From positions 1,116,001 to 1,180,000 of the forward strand of contig JBLDXI010000019.1 in NCBI GenBank assembly GCA_047495785.1: DNA of 64,000 nucleotides, read 5' to 3'. Of the stretch, positions 52,947 through 64,000 are shown piece by piece (positions within the stretch are counted from its first letter, which is position 1; each line of letters starts with the position of its first letter). A program made the position numbers and the translations under genes. Source of the stretch: Lepidodermella squamata. Its lineage: Eukaryota > Animalia > Gastrotricha. Below the pieces are notes generated by a model. The model made no database searches and was not told the DNA's origin. It worked only from the letters and a program-made list of their open reading frames with translations.

Positions 52947-53554
52947 CTTAACAAAACTCTATGAAACAAGTAAAAAATTCAATGAGAATCGTTTATTATT
53001 GTTGTTATCTTAATTTAAGTGCCACAACTCTCGAAGAAATCTCAACAATTATCGAAAAACGCACCAGTCAGATTTGTTGCTCAAGAAACTACGAGATGAT
53101 AATGGAAGTTATCCGCAACCACAGCATAGTATTGATATTATGATATCATATCGGAGCACGCAAGCTGAGAGAAAGGAGTGTTGTGGAGTACTATTCAGAG
53201 GTTAACCAAAATAAATTTCAAAAATATTAATACATCGTCCCGACAAGACTTTTCGTTGCGTTCTGAGAAAGAGCTTCGTGTCAACAGAGAAATCAAATAA
53301 GAGGCTTCAACAAAAACAATAATATCGGCTGGAAATTATGCTACTAACAATTTTCCAAGCCTTCTCGCGTCAGAAATTGTGCGTAAAAAAGAAAATTGCA
53401 TAAATAGAGCGCTGCACCAGAGTCCGAATCAGGGATTAAAATTCCATTAAAATCAGGAATAACAATAAGGTGGACAAATATTAGTTAACCTGCGCGCGTT
53501 GAAAAATATGTATCAAGGCTGGAAAAATACTAACATAAATATCAAAAATTCAGC

Positions 53555-57898
<4,344 letters not shown>

Positions 57899-60800
57899 TT
57901 GCTCAGTCTATGCTTGAGTCTCATAGGTATATAATGGAATGATACATGATACTCACTAGAAAAGTAAACTCAATAAAATGAAACATAAACAGAAAACTTG
58001 ATACAGGTAAAATCGACGACGAAAATCCGCAGAAAAAATAATAGCTACGCTGAATTTTAGGTACAAGAAGGACCTCGAAATAACAACAAACAAAAAGCAA
58101 TAGAAAGTTAGCAGCGAGTTCAATAATGAAGTTCCGCATATTGCCATGTATTGAAGCTAAAAGTTGTCACTTGGAAGATGCCAAGATGGGTACGTAGTTG
58201 GGATGAGGTGTGGTTCAGTCCGAAGTTCGATTCGATCGAGGGGTCCAAAGGTCGCTGGAAATACCAAATGGCGACCTTCGGTCAAGGCGATTTTTTTTCA
58301 ATATAAATATAGATGCATAACTTTATTGTTCTCCCGATATCAAATCGCCATAAAAAAAATGAATGTAAACAAAGTTGCCGCATGTTTTCTGAGAATTTTT
58401 TTTCGAGTTCCGAGTCGAGATGTTTCGAGAAACCATCTTCGCATCACTACCGCCAACACCCTTGGCCAACGTCACGATCGGCTGTGCACACACGGCTAAT
58501 ATGCGGCTCGTAATTGCCACTCTCCCAAATGATCTGTCAAAGACCAACCTCCAGCTTGGTCCGAGGGAAGCATCATGTCCCCGTGGTGCTTGCAAAGGGG
58601 ACGCCCGGAATTCAGTCAGCATTAAAGCGTGATTTACCATCGAATACCACTGCAAGCGCTGTTTTTACTCCACGCCAATGGGAAGTCTACGGCGACGATG
58701 GCCAACTGCGTGGTTCTGCAATAGGTAAAGCTGTCAAGGTCAGAAGTAGATATTTTTGTAGAAACCCCTGCTAGCCGATGAGCCTCCGCCATCGCCAGAA
58801 ATTTCGTCCACCTTTAACTACCGAGCGCGTTCAGCCACTCCATCGGCAACTTCATCGCGCTGGGCAGATGTAATCTCTTGGTCCTTCATAACGAACAGGC
58901 CAAACACGTCACCATCATCTAGGCGAAAGGCGGCGAGCGATAGAAGAAGCTGAACGCTGAACGCCTCTCTTCAGTCCCAGGTCGCGTACAATCCGTACTC
59001 AAAGGTCGAACTCAAGCTTGTCGTTTGATGAGTTTTTGATCACCCTTTTGAGGAATATTACTGTCCGATGTACTGTCCTATGTTGACTGCAAGAATTTGA
59101 AACAGTCAAATCGCTTTCTCACACATTTTTGACACTGCAGTCATTTTTAAATTGGCAACTGAGATGAGAAATTTTTGCTTTTTTCCAGGTTGAAATTAAG
59201 GCACCTCTGTTTCATCAGTCTGTTGAACCAAAAATACCAGTGTCAGCCATAAGTCAGCCATAGTTTCATAGTTTCATAGTTTGAAAGTTAATAAAATCGG
59301 TGGTCGCCCTATCCGCTCAGACTTACACAGGAAAAACGCGTGATCTCTTTGCTTCAAAACTGTCGCGCTGTACAAAATGGAAATGCTGAATACTGATCTG
59401 AATACTGAGCTACGAAAACTTATTTAAACTAAATGTTAGGTTAGAAGTATTAGGGACTTTCTTGGGAATAATTTACAACCTATGATTACTCATAAGGTCG
59501 AACTACCGAAATTGTGCTAGGGACTTGCGGCGTGAAATCGATAACGATTTAATTTTAACAAAATGCCGGTTGATATTATGAGGAACATGACCCGGAAAAT
59601 TGACCAAATTGACCAAACTGAACTGTTTTATTTTGAGTCCTCCTCGGTCGCAGAGGGTCTATTTCATCTCCTCGCGGAAAAATTGGTATTTCATTGTGAA
59701 ATGATTTTTCAGTGAGCGGATGAAATACACCCAGAGCTTTAGGGGTAACCTTGCGGGTTTAGGGGACTATAGACGCCGTGAGATCAACTTCGGTGTCAGA
59801 CTGGATAGTGAGGAACAAGCTGCTTTTATTCAGAAATTCATCATTCTTTTCGACATTGAATAGCAGGATTTGCCATTCTACGCGATTTCTCGCTGTAATT
59901 TCGTCAACAATTCTGAGAATGTGTAGGTTTGGTTAACGGGGTGTCTCCCACGTTTTACCGGTTCATTTGAGTTCCTAATCTTGAAGACAAGTTTGAATAA
60001 ATTCCTTTTCAAACTATCGACCCAGCGAGCCGGAGGCGTACCTCGCGGCAAGTGTCAACGGGGATCTGCAGGTTATTTCCAGTAGTATATCCTGTTTGCG
60101 AGACTTTCAACGTCATTCTCGTTTCGACGAACAATGTGTCCGAAATGCCGAAATGTGTCCCGGATCATGCAAGCGGCGAAAATTTTATTCTAAGTACGAA
60201 ATATTAGATCTGAGACGTGATTGAACCAGTGATAGCGGAAGGAATCTGGCGGATCGCATTTGCCGTGAGCGATAAAGATGACGGGAATTAATAATAGATA
60301 AGAAAGTGTCACCTTTAAGGTCACGCTCTCGAGTGATGTTGTTCTTTAATTCGCCATGTAGCCGCGATCCGCGCCTTCACGTGCTAAATCAGTCCGCGTC
60401 TTGGTCCGCGTGCCATGAGTTATCGAAAACGTGGGCTATCGCACTGGGTGCTTTAACTTGGTGTTTTATTTACCTATTGTCGCTGTCTCGAGTACGTCAG
60501 CTGGTGTTACTTTATTAATTACGATCGGTTGCGCCTTTATGGCGGGACCAACAAGTGATACGCACTTTCATGTGTAAGTTTTACTTCGGCGCGTTCTAGT
60601 GGCCACTCTGATGTGTTTATACGCTATGAAGGCGGTGATATGGCCTTTTGGGGACATGTATGCTTTTATTGGAGGAATTCCTCTTGGCAGCCCTAGATAA
60701 CTGATACATGTCTGTGTAATCTTTTTCGCTGTTCGATATCACTGAAAAATTCCTGTTATGTCCGTCATTCTTTACGGCAGCTGTATAACAGGAGTCAAAA

Positions 60801-61948
60801 TATACACAGTGTAAGGTGTCTGCAATGCGTGGCGATTTCGCGGTGCCTAGTAGCCGCGTTATAGTGTTGCGGCTGTGCGGTCACATTTCCTGTCAAATAA
60901 GGTCAATTCCGCACAAGGGAGCGGCGTGGTATTCGCCATTTCTACTCAGGCGCAGATCCGCGCGTGTGTGGAACTGTGTTACAAGCGATTATTTTACCGC
61001 CTTTGTACACTGCGTTACCTAGCTTGTTTATCCCGTTCTGCAAGCGTATCGCAAAGAAATACGTATCACCACCTTTTCAATAGCGTTTTCAACGCCAAGT
61101 CAAGTAGCAGATTTTGTATATTGAATCTTTTGTTAGTTGACCATAAATTTCCAATTTTTAGCCGCAAGGTTTGATAGTGAAATGATAATGATGCATTACA
61201 TTAATTTTATTAGCATGACAAAGATCTACTGACGATGTTTTTCTTTCCTGTAAAATTGTCGTTTATTTTTATATAAAAAATCCTCCTTAATAATAAAATT
61301 ATGACACAACTTTTTAATTACCAAAGCTTATGAACTGCAAACATTCTATCTGCGTCTTCTTTGCCCAATTCTCAGCTACAAACAAACGCGGGCATAAGTA
61401 ATATATAACAAATTCCAGCTAGTCTCACACCTAGCAACACATTCAGGCAAGTTTCCACGTCAACAATAATTATCAATTTTTACTGTCTTCATTTTCGCAC
61501 GTTGGCTCCTTCCCAATTAACTGACATGTTTATTGCAACAACACAACAACTTGGCCATTTTTATCGGAATTCGCCGCGCGCTGAGGATGTTTTGTTTGCT
61601 CTTCGGCGCGTTCGGCCTCTGATTGTTTTCCCAAGCGCATTTCACTCGTTTTTGCGCGAGCGCCAGGCGCGCGGGGCCTCCCTTTGGCGCAGCAAGTGCC
61701 AACCGCGCACTCATATTGCGCCTTCAAAGTTAAGTATTTGCCTACTGGGTTTAGAATTTCGTAGATTTAGACACCCTGGAAAAGTCAATAAAACTTGAAA
61801 CTCTCGAAATCGGTAACGGCGTGAGAGCCCGCGGCGTTATACTAACATCAATCAGGAAGTCCTTCTGAATAACATTTTCTTCTATCAGATTTTAGATTAC
61901 CGTCTGTTTTACAGCGAAAAAATGTTGCTACTCAATCAGATGTCGTAA

Positions 61949-64000
61949 ATGTTTCTTTTCTCCTTTGTCGCATTAACTGTCGTCAGTTTCGCTGGAAATA
62001 CGCACTCGTCGCTGGCGCCGTCAATATTCAGTGGCAACGAATTACTTTTCCGAGCACTGCAAACAACACGCTTTAGCAACGAGCCACGCTCGTTAAACGT
62101 TATCGATGCTCTCGAATTATTTCTTCTCGGCTCATCTGCGGATCAAATCGACAAAATTCTGGTGCCAGGCTCAGGGCAGCACCGGTACGCGCTTGATTTG
62201 GCGCCGTTGAATGGCGGTTTTCACGTCTATTCACCGTCGAATGCCGCTCTTTACAACCTAATACCGGCCAAGTCGGTAGAACATTCCGATCTAATGATTC
62301 TTACCCGAGTGAAGTTCGACTCGATGAAACGCCAATTGCATAGAAGTCTCTTCACTGTTTCAACAATCGACTCAACTCTTACCCTAAACGCGTCGAATAT
62401 CTTTGTGCAACCAATTTTCACAGTTGGAATAATTGAGGATCGGCTGCTGATCGAATATTCGCGGGATGTTGAATCTCAGCCCGTCAAACTATCGGCTCCG
62501 CTCAGAATTCTCGACGAAAAATGGCATTCCATAGTAATACACTGGTCGAAAAGCGTTGACGAAAGCGATGATTTTTACGTTTGGCTCGATTGTCAACTGG
62601 TTTATCAAAGCGTTGCACCCCACCCGGAAATGTTTCTTGACAAAAATTGGCTAATTTCAGTTGGTTCGCTGAACAATCCGAACATATCGATTGTGAGGAA
62701 ATCCGACGCCTTTTACATGAACGAGCCATTTGATGGCGTTATCGAGCAGCTTGTTATCAGTCAAGATCGGACATTTCTGCATTGGGACGACCAATGTCGG
62801 TATCAGCGAGAGACCAGCGCTTCGAAACTCAGCTGTCCGATATGTTCGTCAACAGTTTTTTCCATACATAACCCAATCACGTCAGCTCAATCAAAACTGA
62901 TGACGGCTATTGGCAGGAACAAGCAGCGGCTGGTCGAAGAGTTCGACACTATTAAAGAGCAGTTGAACGCGGCTTTGCAGAGAATCGAATTTCTCGAGCA
63001 GGTTCAGAAGCTGGAGGAAGAAAGAACTGAAGCTTCTGGTCGATGTTTTGAACGCGAAGGAAGCCGATATTTCAATTTGAACGAAAGCTGGTCGGTGCAT
63101 AATTGCTCCCGCTACTGCACTTGCCACTTGGTTAATAACAAGCCTCGGCCAGTTTGCGAGCCGCTTAAATGTTCGCCTCTTCAAGCGGCTGACTGTCCGA
63201 AATATCCATACGGTGGCATTGTTTGGGACTTGGCCAACGGCTGCTGTCCAAGATGTCAGCGTAAAACAGGACAGGAAAAAACGGTCGGAATCGGTAGATC
63301 TTGCGTTCGGTGGCACCGAGCGTCGTCTGTGCCTCACGGAGCGCATTTTTTCATCCGACTGGAGAACGACACTTGCGCTGAGAAAAGGTAAATTTTGATA
63401 TAAAAATGAAAGCCACTCATAAAACGGGCTCAGATCTTAATCCAATATTTTTTTATTACCACGGTGCAATTATATATGAAGCAATATCGTTCTTTTCGTA
63501 GGTGCATTGATGGGCGAGAAACGGTTATTCGACAAGGTCACAAATCTCTGTTTTGTGGCAATTGTTTGAACTTTTCGAATTCATCGACCTCGGCAACGTT
63601 TGAACCAATCCGCAGTCTCGTTTCCTCTCGCCAGATCTGCTGCGGAGCCGGTTTTGGAACGTGCAAAACTCGAAGCTGCGAGCTGAATTCATCTTTATGT
63701 GATCATCCAAGCCGGGCTTATTGCATCGATACCCAGGAGGATATCGAGTGCCGATGCCGCGACGGCTTTATAGGCGACGGTTCTCGTTGCATTGGTTTGT
63801 TCGAATTTTGAATTTTAAGAGTAAATTCGTTATGGCAATATTTTTGTTAGATATCGATGAATGCCAGCAACCTTTTGGTTCCAGATTCTCCGCAAACTGC
63901 TCTGATTCCGAAATTTGCATAAATTCTCCAGGAGCCTATTATTGCGTAGCTAAAACAATTCCTCATCTAGACTCACATTCGGCTCAACATTCAATTAAGC
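61949..64000 (+). CDS. NELL-like secreted protein (LamG/TSPN, coiled coil, VWC, EGF), truncated at window end
   Basis: Signal peptide, DEKWHSIVI..VWLDCQLV (TSPN/LamG), heptad segment, VWC W..CSRYCTC..CCPRC, EGF CRCRDGFIGDGSRC|DIDEC. Confidence 0.8.

Noticed and set aside
58500-58950. Possible decayed Tc1 transposase (minus-strand VVFDGKSRFNAD resembles VLFSDESRFN)
   Set aside because: Single weak motif lacking the catalytic Asp position, many stops, and no TIRs found; needs a tblastn/Dfam search.

Overview
Gene-dense animal (invertebrate) genomic DNA with many 40-70 nt GT-AG introns; the species cannot be identified from sequence alone. Conserved genes, in order: ADAM10 (3' part), TTC16-like TPR gene, hexa-ubiquitin, HGD, an EF-hand-like gene whose large intron hosts U2 snRNA, a Tc1/mariner MITE and tRNA-Ala(AGC), then CPT1, SAAL1, Wntless, a C2H2 zinc-finger gene and the 5' part of a NELL-like gene. 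The accessory block at about 4.7-36 kb is the most interesting. It holds a nested knottin-like peptide gene, a repetitive peptide precursor, two mucin-like paralogs, five tandem ARM-TIR-SAM genes that all keep the TIR catalytic-position Glu, and one TIR-less ARM-SAM paralog. It also holds ten tiny spliced genes, largely missed by the ORF track, for signal peptide + single-TM microproteins, two clusters of which lie head-to-head with the ARM-(TIR)-SAM units. Co-oriented genes are often only 49-124 nt apart, with an unpaired splice acceptor just before the ATG, suggesting operons resolved by trans-splicing. Exon structures were read by eye and need RNA confirmation.
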